The notes: generated from the sequence alone by a model not told the origin. DNA of 64,000 nt from Promethearchaeia archaeon (GCA_029856105.1 JAHQWH010000224.1:1-64000); one strand, 5' to 3'; positions 10,505-19,590 are shown, counted from the stretch's first letter. Made by a program: numbers and translations.

Positions 10505-11236
10505 TTATTTAGATATCTCAACTTCTACTTCTTCTTCATACTCTTTTTCGATTTCTGCGGTTTTAATAGTTCTTTTGATTTTAATCTGTTCTGTATCGAT
10601 GCCTAAATCGTTTGCTAACTTATCTAGGCCTTCAAAGTGCCTTAAATCGCAAATGAATAACCCTTTTAATTTTTTCCCATTAATCTCCTTTGCAAGATTT
10701 AAAGTATTCATCATCATCCAAGCTTCTCTAACTTTATATCGAATTTCATCTTCTTGTGAGTCATAATCATTTTTGAGATATTCCTTCCATAAAACTAATT
10801 GTTGGAAGAGTTCATCCTCGGAAGGAACACCACCATTTTCTGTAATTATCTCTTTGATTCGCTCTTCAAGTGTTTGTAGCATATTTCTGTGTTCATCCAA
10901 TGCGGCAGAAAGATAAAATTCCGCATTTTCAGAGATATCAGCATGTTTAAATCGAATTCCTTTCTTTTTGAATAAGTTTTTTAGAGGATCGTTAGGGTTT
11001 AACGGGTTATCCCAAAAATTAGGTTTTTCTTCTAAAGCAAAATCAGGTGAATATTTGTCTATTAAACCATCGATGAGCTGAAGATATTCTTTACTAATAA
11101 GATGTAAAGACCATAGCAAATCCTCCTTTTTTTCTTTAGGAACTTCGAACCACCAATCTATTGGAAACTCACTTTCTACCATGATAAGCTTTAGATGCTT
11201 ATTTTTTAATGGTTTTAATTCTAATACTTCTGGCAT
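10505..11236 (-). CDS. Uncharacterised protein, possibly TraB/GumN(Tiki)-like fold; paralog of the adjacent gene
   Basis: PDFALEE, REAWM and LFICDLRHFEGL...L...G pattern resembles the TraB/GumN C-terminus; shares EVLELKP.KNK N-terminus with its neighbour; GGAGTG SD. Confidence 0.6.
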   Translation of the reverse strand: MPEVLELKPLKNKHLKLIMVESEFPIDWWFEVPKEKKEDLLWSLHLISKEYLQLIDGLIDKYSPDFALEEKPNFWDNPLNPNDPLKNLFKKKGIRFKHADISENAEFYLSAALDEHRNMLQTLEERIKEIITENGGVPSEDELFQQLVLWKEYLKNDYDSQEDEIRYKVREAWMMMNTLNLAKEINGKKLKGLFICDLRHFEGLDKLANDLGIDTEQIKIKRTIKTAEIEKEYEEEVEVEISK

Positions 11237-11258
11237 ATTTTCTCACTCCTTTTTTTAA

Positions 11259-11876
11259 TTAAAATATAACATTTTGAATTGTATGTTTTTTAGTATATGA
11301 AATTACTTTTACTCCCAAATCTCTTAAATCTGTTACGACTTGAGGGCAAATATCCTCGCAAATATCCTCTTGAACAAAATGAACAAAAGAAACTACTTCA
11401 TTTTCAAAACGATTTGCAAAATCTAACATTTTTTTTACGATCCACTGTGGTCTTAGCTTTAAGCTTAAAAAAATCTCTTTTTCTTGAATTTCTTCGCTTA
11501 ACATGTCAATCCAATTTTTTAGACTTTGTCCTTTGAAAGATTCTTTATCACTCATATTCTCGTATTCTTCAAATAATTCATTTTGAAGTTCTTGTTTTTC
11601 AACAATTTCTTCGTAAAGGTATCCCATTGCATAATCTGGAATATCTACCTGAATATATGGTATTCCAAGTTTATCTAATGTTTGAGCAAAAGGTGTTTTT
11701 TTAAACTCCTTCATATTTACTTGAAAATCAACGGTAACAAAATTAACATCTTTCTTTTTAAGAAAATCAGTTAGTCTTGATTTATCTTTATTTTGAAAAT
11801 ACCTGCCATTTTCTTTTGAGGACATATACGCTATTATTTTTTTATTTTTTACTGGTTTCAATTCCAAAACTTCCAT
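11259..11876 (-). CDS. Uncharacterised protein, degenerate paralog of 10505..11236
   Basis: ATG at 11876 behind GAGGTG SD; MEVLELKPVKNK N-terminus; collinear RPQWI versus REAWM. Confidence 0.7.
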   Translation of the reverse strand: MEVLELKPVKNKKIIAYMSSKENGRYFQNKDKSRLTDFLKKKDVNFVTVDFQVNMKEFKKTPFAQTLDKLGIPYIQVDIPDYAMGYLYEEIVEKQELQNELFEEYENMSDKESFKGQSLKNWIDMLSEEIQEKEIFLSLKLRPQWIVKKMLDFANRFENEVVSFVHFVQEDICEDICPQVVTDLRDLGVKVISYTKKHTIQNVIF

Positions 11877-11922
11877 ATAATAATACACCTCTTTTATTTC
11901 AGCTTTTTAAAAAAGCATTTAC

Positions 11923-12002
11923 CTAATTAAATTGTCATAAGCTTAAAATATAAAGAATTTGACAAGAAAACTTTTTAACATATTGATAAGGAATATTATC
12001 AA
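11923..12002 (-). promoter_or_regulatory. Promoter/operator copy B, with TTTATATT TATA box on the minus strand and perfect TTGATAA-N6-TTATCAA inverted repeat at 11983-12002
   Basis: Perfect 7-6-7 inverted repeat in the divergent intergenic region; conserved with 6993-7072. Confidence 0.7.
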
Positions 12003-12197
12003 AATTTTTTCTAAACAATTTTTTTAGTTAATTGAAAACCGTCATTCTTATTGATGGGATCCGTGGGTCACATGATCATTTTCTAACATATTTATATATT
12101 TTAACAACATATGTTATCATGAAGAAAAAATAATTTGTCAAAAAAAAGTTTTTAGCAAAATAAATTTAGAATAAAAAATCAATAGGAAAGCTCAAAA

Positions 12198-14744
12198 ATG
12201 GATATTTATTCAATTTTAGCCCATCCAATCAGAAGAAAACTCTTATATCTTCTCGAAGAAGAGGGTTTTATTCCATATACTGAATTAATGGTTAAGTTAG
12301 GTGTAGAACAAACTGGACAATTAAATTTTCATTTGAAAAAGCTTAATAATTTAGTAAGTAAAGACAAAAAATCATATTATTTAACTGATGATGGTAAAAG
12401 AGTATTAAGGATATTAGGATTAAACAAAAGAATTTTATCCGGAGAGGAAATAGACTATTTAAAATCAAAAGGTAGCGAAATAAACAGAATAGGTGTTATT
12501 ATCTGTAATTGTAATACAGAAATCTCAAATGTACTTAACATTAACTCCTTAGAAAACTATATAAGTAAAATAAATAATGTAGTTTCAGTAAAAATTCTTG
12601 ATAATTTATGTCAAGAAAAGAACCAAGATAAAATTAATAATTGGATTACTGATAACTTCATAAATAAAATTGTTATCGCTGCTTGTTCTCCTAAAACACA
12701 TCAACATATATTTGAACGTCTTTTTCAAAATATAATTGATAATGCAAATATTGAGATTGCAAATATAAGAGAACAATGTTGTTGGGTACACTATTCAAGT
12801 AAAAAACACATTGATAGTCTTTTAACTCTGAAAAAAGCACAATTACTTATAGAAGCCTCAGTTAATCGAGTAAGCCTTCAAAAACCAATTAAGATAAAAA
12901 GAGTTGAAGTTGAAAAAAGTTGTGCTGTTCTTGGAGGAGGAATTGCTGGTATGAATATAGCGTTAAACTTATCAAGGGCAGGTATCAAAGTTTATCTAAT
13001 TGAAAAGTCTCCTACGTTAGGGGGAAAAGTAGCAAGATGGCAAAAGATTTCAAATATGGGAGATTGCTCTACTTGCTTAATCTCTGAATTAATTGGGGAA
13101 ATTGTGAAAGAAAATAATATTGAAATCTTGACAAATTCGGAAATAATTAGCGTATCGGGAGAAGTTGGTAATTTTACTATAAACTTAATTAAAAAACCTC
13201 GCTATGTTGATGAGACAAAATGTACAGGTTGTAAGCAATGTGTGGATGTGTGTGCTCGAGAGAAAGTTAATCTATATGAATTTGGCTTAACGCATAGAAA
13301 AATAATTCACTTTCCTTTTCAATACTGTTATCCTTATGTCCCAGTTATTGAAGATGAAGATATTAATACCTGCCTTGAATGTGGAGTATGTGAACGTGCT
13401 TGTGCAAATAAAGCAATTAATTTAAGAGAAAAGCCTAAGGAATTGAGAATTAAAGTAGGCGCAAAAGTTATAGCTATTGGTTCAGATCTTTCTTCAAATT
13501 TAAAAGAATATAATTATAATCCACGAAATAATGTTATAACTTCGGCAGAATTTGAACGAATTTTATGTTCAGATGGCCTAACTAATGGAAAGATCGTAAA
13601 ATTGCCTGATGGGAAACCAGTGAAAACAATATCAATTATTCAAGAAGTTGGAATTTCAAACTATCTATGTGAATATTCGGATATTTTAGCCCTAAAGTAT
13701 ATAGATGTTATTAAAGTAAAGAGCCCTGATTGTGAAGTTAATGTTTTTTACGATTTAAGTAAACTAAAAGAAAAAGACGAAATAATACTAAAATCTACTC
13801 ATCCAAGATTTCTTTACGCTAATAAAGTATTAATTGAGACAAAAGAGAATATTAATTACGTAGTTGCGGATTCTATTGAGTTTCAGAGTGATTTGATCGT
13901 TTTAAATCTTAAATTAATTCCAAATAAGGATTTGAAAACTCTTAGAAAGATTATGGACTTCACTTTAAATGATTATGGTTTTATGAGTGAAGAAACTTTA
14001 GCTTCTGGTATTTATGGTGTTGGAACAATATTTGGACCATTAAATTATCACTCAACTATTGCAACCACTAATAACATAGCGTTAAAAGTAATATCACTTC
14101 TTTCAAACGATTATTTAATAACAGAATATACTGGAATAGAGATTAATGAAGACAAATGTGGATTGTGTAACCTCTGTGTTATTTCTTGTCCTTACAATGC
14201 AATAAGCATAAACTTCGAAAAAATTACTGTTGATAAGTTTAAATGTAAAGCTTGTGGTATGTGTGTTAGTGTTTGTCCTACTAATGCCATCGAAATGAAT
14301 ATAAATACATCAGAAAAGATTTTAAAAACGATCGAAATTTTCTCAAAATTCAATAAAAAACCAAAAATTATCGCTTTTTGTTGCCAATCTTGCGGTTACG
14401 CTGCCGCTGACAATGCAGGATTAAAGAAATTGTTATATCAGCCTAATGTTTTTATAATCTCTGTTCCTTGTACTGGCCGTATTGATACTGAATTCATTGT
14501 TAAATCTCTTGAAATGGGGTTTGATGGAGTTATGATTATTGGTTGCAGAAAGGATTCTTGTAGATATATTGACGGGATTGAAAAATTAAAAAAAAGAGTT
14601 AGGCTTTTAAAAAAGGTTCTAGGACCAAAGTTAAGCAGACGGATAATAGTGATGAGTTTAAACGGAGTAGAAGGACAGGTATTTGCTGAAATCTCTAATA
14701 AATTCTATAATTTATTAAAGGAGGAGATTAAAAGTGAGGCTTAA
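12198..14744 (+). CDS. hdrA: Fusion: ArsR-like winged-helix DNA-binding domain + degenerate heterodisulfide reductase subunit A-like FAD/FeS protein + MvhD [2Fe-2S] domain
   Basis: aa 1-75 wHTH (LAHPIRRKLL...LNFHLKKL...YYLTDDG); HdrA motifs CNC, AACSP, REQCCWVH, GGGIAGM, DCSTC, EFER; two ferredoxin pairs; MvhD motifs FCCQSCGYAAAD, PCTGRI, GC...SCRY. Confidence 0.9.
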   Translation: MDIYSILAHPIRRKLLYLLEEEGFIPYTELMVKLGVEQTGQLNFHLKKLNNLVSKDKKSYYLTDDGKRVLRILGLNKRILSGEEIDYLKSKGSEINRIGVIICNCNTEISNVLNINSLENYISKINNVVSVKILDNLCQEKNQDKINNWITDNFINKIVIAACSPKTHQHIFERLFQNIIDNANIEIANIREQCCWVHYSSKKHIDSLLTLKKAQLLIEASVNRVSLQKPIKIKRVEVEKSCAVLGGGIAGMNIALNLSRAGIKVYLIEKSPTLGGKVARWQKISNMGDCSTCLISELIGEIVKENNIEILTNSEIISVSGEVGNFTINLIKKPRYVDETKCTGCKQCVDVCAREKVNLYEFGLTHRKIIHFPFQYCYPYVPVIEDEDINTCLECGVCERACANKAINLREKPKELRIKVGAKVIAIGSDLSSNLKEYNYNPRNNVITSAEFERILCSDGLTNGKIVKLPDGKPVKTISIIQEVGISNYLCEYSDILALKYIDVIKVKSPDCEVNVFYDLSKLKEKDEIILKSTHPRFLYANKVLIETKENINYVVADSIEFQSDLIVLNLKLIPNKDLKTLRKIMDFTLNDYGFMSEETLASGIYGVGTIFGPLNYHSTIATTNNIALKVISLLSNDYLITEYTGIEINEDKCGLCNLCVISCPYNAISINFEKITVDKFKCKACGMCVSVCPTNAIEMNINTSEKILKTIEIFSKFNKKPKIIAFCCQSCGYAAADNAGLKKLLYQPNVFIISVPCTGRIDTEFIVKSLEMGFDGVMIIGCRKDSCRYIDGIEKLKKRVRLLKKVLGPKLSRRIIVMSLNGVEGQVFAEISNKFYNLLKEEIKSEA

Positions 14745-15498
14745 ATTTTTAATTACATCTTTAACGTCTTGTACTGGATGTATATCAGCATTGATATCAC
14801 TAGATATATTTCCACAATTTCTTGAAAGAACGAAAATCGAATATTTTCCATTTATATCTGACAATTTAGAGATTAATGAATGCGATATAGCGCTAGTGGA
14901 GGGGGCTGTGTCCGAAAAGAATCAAATCGAATATCTACAAGAAATACGAAAAAATGCAAAAAAACTATATGCATTAGGTACATGCTCAGCGTTTGGGGGG
15001 ATTCTTAGTCTCTCAAATAAAAAAGAATCGTATCCTATTTCAAAGTTTGTGGAAGTTGATGGTATTATACCTGGATGTCCCCCTCCATCCATACTTTTAG
15101 GAAATTGTTTATTGAGGTTAGTTGAGAACAAAAAAATCCAGCTAAGCTTTAAAAATATGTGTTCTACTTGTCCTTTAAACAACCACGCAAAATTAGATTT
15201 ACCATTAACAATAGAAAAGTTTGTTCCAAGAAACGATGAAATTCGTTTTCCGGAAGAAAATTTATCGTGTTTTTTGAACGATGGGATTTTATGTTTAGGT
15301 CCTATTACTCGAGATGGCTGCGATCATCTCTGTATAAAACAAGGTTTACCCTGTGAAGGATGTTTAGGGCCTGTTTCAAAGGGGTTTACGTCGAATTTAA
15401 TCAATTTCTTAAGTCTTTTTAACCTTTCTAAAGATTTAAGAAAATACAAGGGGATATACCATAGGTTCTCAAAACCACATGTAGGAGGGAAGGATTGA
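14734..15498 (+). CDS. mvhG: [NiFe]-hydrogenase small subunit, MvhG-like (group 3c)
   Basis: SCTGC, EGAV, GTCSAFGG, IPGCPP, CSTC, CFL..G.LCLGP.TR.GC..LC...G.PCEGC; overlaps both neighbours. Confidence 0.9.
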   Translation: MRLKFLITSLTSCTGCISALISLDIFPQFLERTKIEYFPFISDNLEINECDIALVEGAVSEKNQIEYLQEIRKNAKKLYALGTCSAFGGILSLSNKKESYPISKFVEVDGIIPGCPPPSILLGNCLLRLVENKKIQLSFKNMCSTCPLNNHAKLDLPLTIEKFVPRNDEIRFPEENLSCFLNDGILCLGPITRDGCDHLCIKQGLPCEGCLGPVSKGFTSNLINFLSLFNLSKDLRKYKGIYHRFSKPHVGGKD

Positions 15499-16799
15499 TG
15501 GATAAAGTTGTAGAAGCATGCACAAGGGTTGAAGGTAGTGGAAACTTAAACATTTATTTAAAAAACGATGAAATTTATCGAACTGAATTGAACTTTTCAG
15601 TATTTAGAGGATTTGAAAATATTTTAATAGGCAAAAAGCTATTAGATATTCCAAAAATAGTATCTAGAATTTGTGGACTGTGCTCCGCATCTCAAACAAT
15701 TGCAAGTTGCAAAGCAATAGAGAATATATACGGAATAGAACCATCAAACCAATCAATTTTGCTTAGAAGGGTTTTATTATCTGGAGAATTAATACAATCG
15801 CACATTATGCATTATTTTTTCCAATCCTTTCCAGATTTATTAAAAATATTTAAAATTAATACTATAATTAACGAACCTTATAATTTAATTAATTACAATC
15901 CTCATTTAACGACAAATGTATTTAATTTAATAAAAATTGGCTCAGAAATAAATAAGTTAATAGGAGGGAGGGTGTTACATCCAATTACTCCGATTCCTGG
16001 AGGATTAATATATAATCCGAATCGAAAGAGTTTTATTTCTATGGAGAAATATCTTCAAAAGGGAATTTACTACATAGAAACTATAATTGAAAATTTTATA
16101 GATTTATTTTCTGCTTTTGATCCTCCTACAGAATTTAATCTTTCTAATCCTATATATTTCGGCTTAAAAAACAATATGGGTTTTGATAGGTATGAAGGAA
16201 ACCTTAGAATTGAACAAAATGAAACAACTTACAACGATTTTCAAGCGAAAAATTATTCAAAATATTTTGATAAAGACCCTAATCTTTATGGGATTACGTT
16301 TAAGTCAAATTCGAAAAATGAAATTTTAACAGGACCAATTGCGCGCTATAAGTTAACTCAAAATTATGGAATAGATAAAATATACGAATACTTAAGCAAT
16401 TTTGGAAAAAAATGGCAAAGCAATTTATTATTTATAAACTTTTTACAATTAATTGAAAGTTATTACGAAATTCAAAAAAGTGTTGAAATATTAAATACTA
16501 CTTCACTAAAAAGTAAAACAAAACTTAAACAACTAAACTCAATAAAAAAATCAAATGGAATAGGGGTTATCGAAGCACCAAGAGGTATACTAATGCATCA
16601 TTATCATTTAAATAAAGCTAAATCCGTTGATCAAGTAAAACTTTTCATTGCAACCGAAATAAATATGCCTATTCTTAACAAAATGATCACTGAATATGCT
16701 AAAAAGCTATATGAAAAAGAAGATATCGATTCTGTTAAAGAAAAAGTTCAAATAATGATAAGAGCATTTGATCCTTGCATATCGTGCGCTTCTCACTAA
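15495..16799 (+). CDS. mvhA: [NiFe]-hydrogenase large subunit, MvhA-like, with sensory-type signatures
   Basis: TRVEG, RGFE, RICGLC, EAPRG..HHY, RAFDPCISCASH followed directly by a stop codon. Confidence 0.92.
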   Translation: MMDKVVEACTRVEGSGNLNIYLKNDEIYRTELNFSVFRGFENILIGKKLLDIPKIVSRICGLCSASQTIASCKAIENIYGIEPSNQSILLRRVLLSGELIQSHIMHYFFQSFPDLLKIFKINTIINEPYNLINYNPHLTTNVFNLIKIGSEINKLIGGRVLHPITPIPGGLIYNPNRKSFISMEKYLQKGIYYIETIIENFIDLFSAFDPPTEFNLSNPIYFGLKNNMGFDRYEGNLRIEQNETTYNDFQAKNYSKYFDKDPNLYGITFKSNSKNEILTGPIARYKLTQNYGIDKIYEYLSNFGKKWQSNLLFINFLQLIESYYEIQKSVEILNTTSLKSKTKLKQLNSIKKSNGIGVIEAPRGILMHHYHLNKAKSVDQVKLFIATEINMPILNKMITEYAKKLYEKEDIDSVKEKVQIMIRAFDPCISCASH

Positions 16800-16857
16800 C
16801 ATTAAAAATCATAAATATTAAGCATAATTGATTTAATGAAGAAGAGGATGGTTAAAA

Positions 16858-17898
16858 TTGAAAGAAAATCTCTTAAATAACGCCAATACAGATTGTCCAT
16901 TTAAGGAATTATGTGAGACTCTTTTGTTTTATTTTGATGAGACTATAGGCCATGTCCCACTTCTTATTTGTCCAGAAAATGCGTTAGATGATGATTCGGG
17001 AAAAATGCATCTTATAAGATACCATCCAATTTGGTTTTTAGAGCTCAAAGATAAAACTACAATTAACCGAATCGATTTAGAATACTGTAATAATATGTAT
17101 TTTGCGAAGAAATTTATTGTTGAATCTAAAAGGGTTAAAAGAAGAGCAGGGTCTTTTCAAAAAATGGATGAAATAGTTGTGTTGATACTTGTGTTGCCAA
17201 CAGATTTAGATGTTTTTGGGGGAGAATTAATAAATTTATTAACGAAAAAAATAATCGATGAATTTGAAAATACGCTTTATCACGTAATAGAATCAGAAAT
17301 TGCGAAACTGGAAGTTATTAAAACAGAAAAATTAATTAATATAATAAAAAAAGGAGATCAGATAAAAGAAGAAATAAAAGCAATAATTAACCTTACTTGT
17401 GAGGAACATTTTTCATCGGTAATTAAACAAACTGATGCGACCTCTTTCAAATTGCAAAAAGCAATTTCTTATTTAACATTTAAAGGAATCGATATTGACC
17501 ACATTGTTATAGACGCTCAAAATGAATCGTTTTCTAAAATTCGATTATTCGATTACGATAGAGTTGTTCAACAAAAATTAGGAATAAAAGATCAATTTAA
17601 AATAACAAACATAAATATTATTAACAATTTTCAGGAAATAGAAGTTTTAGTAAAGAATAAAAGTAAAAAGGAATTCAACGATCTCATCGTCCGAATTACT
17701 TACATTAAAGAATTTTTTGAAAAAGAGGTATTAAACGAAAAAGTTGAAAAATGCCTTCCTGAAGAAGAATTATTGTTTATAACGCCCGTAATTAAAGAAA
17801 CAAACAATTATTTGTTTTCTATTATTGAAGAACATTCTAATAGAACAATTTTTTCTAAAAAAATTGATTTAGAATCAGTTAAAAGTCGTCCCTACTAA
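16858..17898 (+). CDS. Uncharacterised protein with N-terminal longin/uDENN-like domain and C-terminal beta-sandwich
   Basis: LFYFDETIGHVP..ICP pattern resembles the FD...GP start of uDENN/longin domains; fold is an inference. Confidence 0.5.
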   Translation: MKENLLNNANTDCPFKELCETLLFYFDETIGHVPLLICPENALDDDSGKMHLIRYHPIWFLELKDKTTINRIDLEYCNNMYFAKKFIVESKRVKRRAGSFQKMDEIVVLILVLPTDLDVFGGELINLLTKKIIDEFENTLYHVIESEIAKLEVIKTEKLINIIKKGDQIKEEIKAIINLTCEEHFSSVIKQTDATSFKLQKAISYLTFKGIDIDHIVIDAQNESFSKIRLFDYDRVVQQKLGIKDQFKITNINIINNFQEIEVLVKNKSKKEFNDLIVRITYIKEFFEKEVLNEKVEKCLPEEELLFITPVIKETNNYLFSIIEEHSNRTIFSKKIDLESVKSRPY

Positions 17899-18832
17899 GG
17901 AATTTTTTTAAATTTTGGTAATCTTCGCCATTTAAAACGTTCATTACCGTATCAAAAGTTCCAATTGTTTTCTCTTTTGTAACAACCATCAGTACCGATC
18001 CATTGCTAACTTCCTTCACTAGAATATAGTTATGTTCGCTCTCATATATAACAGTTGATAATTCTAAAGGAGAAATCGAAGAATTTGAAAGTTCCATGAT
18101 CTTTGAAAAAATTTGATAAATATTAGAGTCTAAGCTACCAATCTCGAATTTGATAAATTGGAGATTTGGACTTTCAAATTTTCCTATTGTGGAAGCTATT
18201 AATAAACCATCTGGTTGGTTAAATAAAAGAAATTCTGAAAGCGTATTGATCTTCAATTGGTCTAATAAATGGCGTATTTTCCCAAGCCTTTGTAAAGCTA
18301 ATGTGTTCTCTTGAATTTTATAATCGAGTATTTCGATCAATCGATGTTGAGCACTTCCCTCTTTTACTGATACAGGTGTAAAAGCAATTTTGCTTTTTAA
18401 ATCATCTGTAAGATCTTTAATTAACAGTTTATAAATGTCATCTTCTTTTGATTCTTGAAGATCAATTTTATTTAATAAGACATATACCTTTCCCACTTCA
18501 GGACTAAATTCAAAAAGGTATTTCAAGAATTTACCAAAAGTATCTTTCAGTTTTGGTTCTTCTGCTGCCGAATCAACCATGAAAACTGCAGCTGTTACAT
18601 CAGAAAATACAAGCTCTCGCTTTTTTTCTGAGAAATATCTTTCCATATAAAGTTCCTGACCCCCTAAATCCCAGATGGAAAGTTCCATTATTCCTCTAAA
18701 TATAAAATTTTCCCTTGAGACTCCTTTTGTAGGTTTCAGATTAAGCACTTTCATGAAATTATAACCTAAACAAGTAGTCCGCATTAATGACGTTTTACCC
18801 GCACCACCAGGGCCAAATAGGAGTATTTTTAT
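17879..18832 (-). CDS. RagA/Gtr1-like small GTPase with C-terminal roadblock domain
   Basis: Frame extends upstream of the tracked ATG to include the P-loop KILLFGPGGAGKTSLM; WDLGGQELYMERYF (G3), NKID (G4); roadblock-like C-terminus (NQPDGLLIAST); probable ATA start at 18832. Confidence 0.85.
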   Translation of the reverse strand: MKILLFGPGGAGKTSLMRTTCLGYNFMKVLNLKPTKGVSRENFIFRGIMELSIWDLGGQELYMERYFSEKKRELVFSDVTAAVFMVDSAAEEPKLKDTFGKFLKYLFEFSPEVGKVYVLLNKIDLQESKEDDIYKLLIKDLTDDLKSKIAFTPVSVKEGSAQHRLIEILDYKIQENTLALQRLGKIRHLLDQLKINTLSEFLLFNQPDGLLIASTIGKFESPNLQFIKFEIGSLDSNIYQIFSKIMELSNSSISPLELSTVIYESEHNYILVKEVSNGSVLMVVTKEKTIGTFDTVMNVLNGEDYQNLKKFLSRDDF

Positions 18833-19062
18833 TTTATTTCACCGGTAAACTTTTACTGATTAAAATAAAGCGACAATTGATTTAATATTAAATATATTTA
18901 ATCGTCTAATATATTTTTTATAAATTAATGATTATTTAATTTTTTCTAATTATTATACGATTTATTAGATTTTAATTGCATGGATGATTCAATTAAATAT
19001 AATTTTTAATTAATTTAAATAATAATATATTTAGAACTAACAATAATAGGAATTGAAAGATT

Positions 19063-19590
19063 TTGAATTTAGAAGATTACATAAGGAATGTCCCAGATTT
19101 TCCAATAAAAGGAATTCAGTTTAAAGATGTCACAACTTTGTGTAAGGTTCATGCTTCTTTTAAAGAGTCATGTGACAGACTAATAAATCATTTTAAAGAC
19201 AAAGGAATCAAGAAGGTTTGTGCTGTCGAAGCTAGAGGCTATGTGTGGGGCGGCGTTTTAGCGTATAAATTGGATGCTGGATTCGTTTTGATACGAAAAC
19301 CAGGAAAGTTACCTGCTGAGACGATTAAAGAGACCTATGAACTTGAATATGGTACTGATACTATTGAAATGCATAGGGATGCCATAGAAAAAGGAGAAAA
19401 AGTGTTATTATTTGATGATTTGTTAGCAACTGGAGGAACTGCAAAAGCAGCTTGCAATCTAATAGAAAAGGCAGGTGGAAGCGTAGCTGGGATTGCATTT
19501 GTTATTGAGCTTACCGGTAGTTTACATGGTCGAGACAAATTAGAAGGTTATGATATAATCAGTCTAATGAAGATAGTAGTTGATGAATAG
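19063..19590 (+). CDS. apt: Adenine phosphoribosyltransferase
   Basis: PDFP..GI.FKD, EARG, RKPGKLP, YELEYG, DDLLATGGT. Confidence 0.97.
   Translation: MNLEDYIRNVPDFPIKGIQFKDVTTLCKVHASFKESCDRLINHFKDKGIKKVCAVEARGYVWGGVLAYKLDAGFVLIRKPGKLPAETIKETYELEYGTDTIEMHRDAIEKGEKVLLFDDLLATGGTAKAACNLIEKAGGSVAGIAFVIELTGSLHGRDKLEGYDIISLMKIVVDE

Noticed and set aside
11983-12002. FNR/CRP box
   Set aside because: The TTGAT/ATCAA halves are 10 nt apart rather than 4, and no CRP/FNR gene is present; kept instead as a candidate operator of unknown type
12198-16799. Selenocysteine recoding in HdrA/MvhD/MvhA
   Set aside because: All three frames are open with Cys codons; mvhA ends in TAA, not TGA, so read-through does not explain the missing tail
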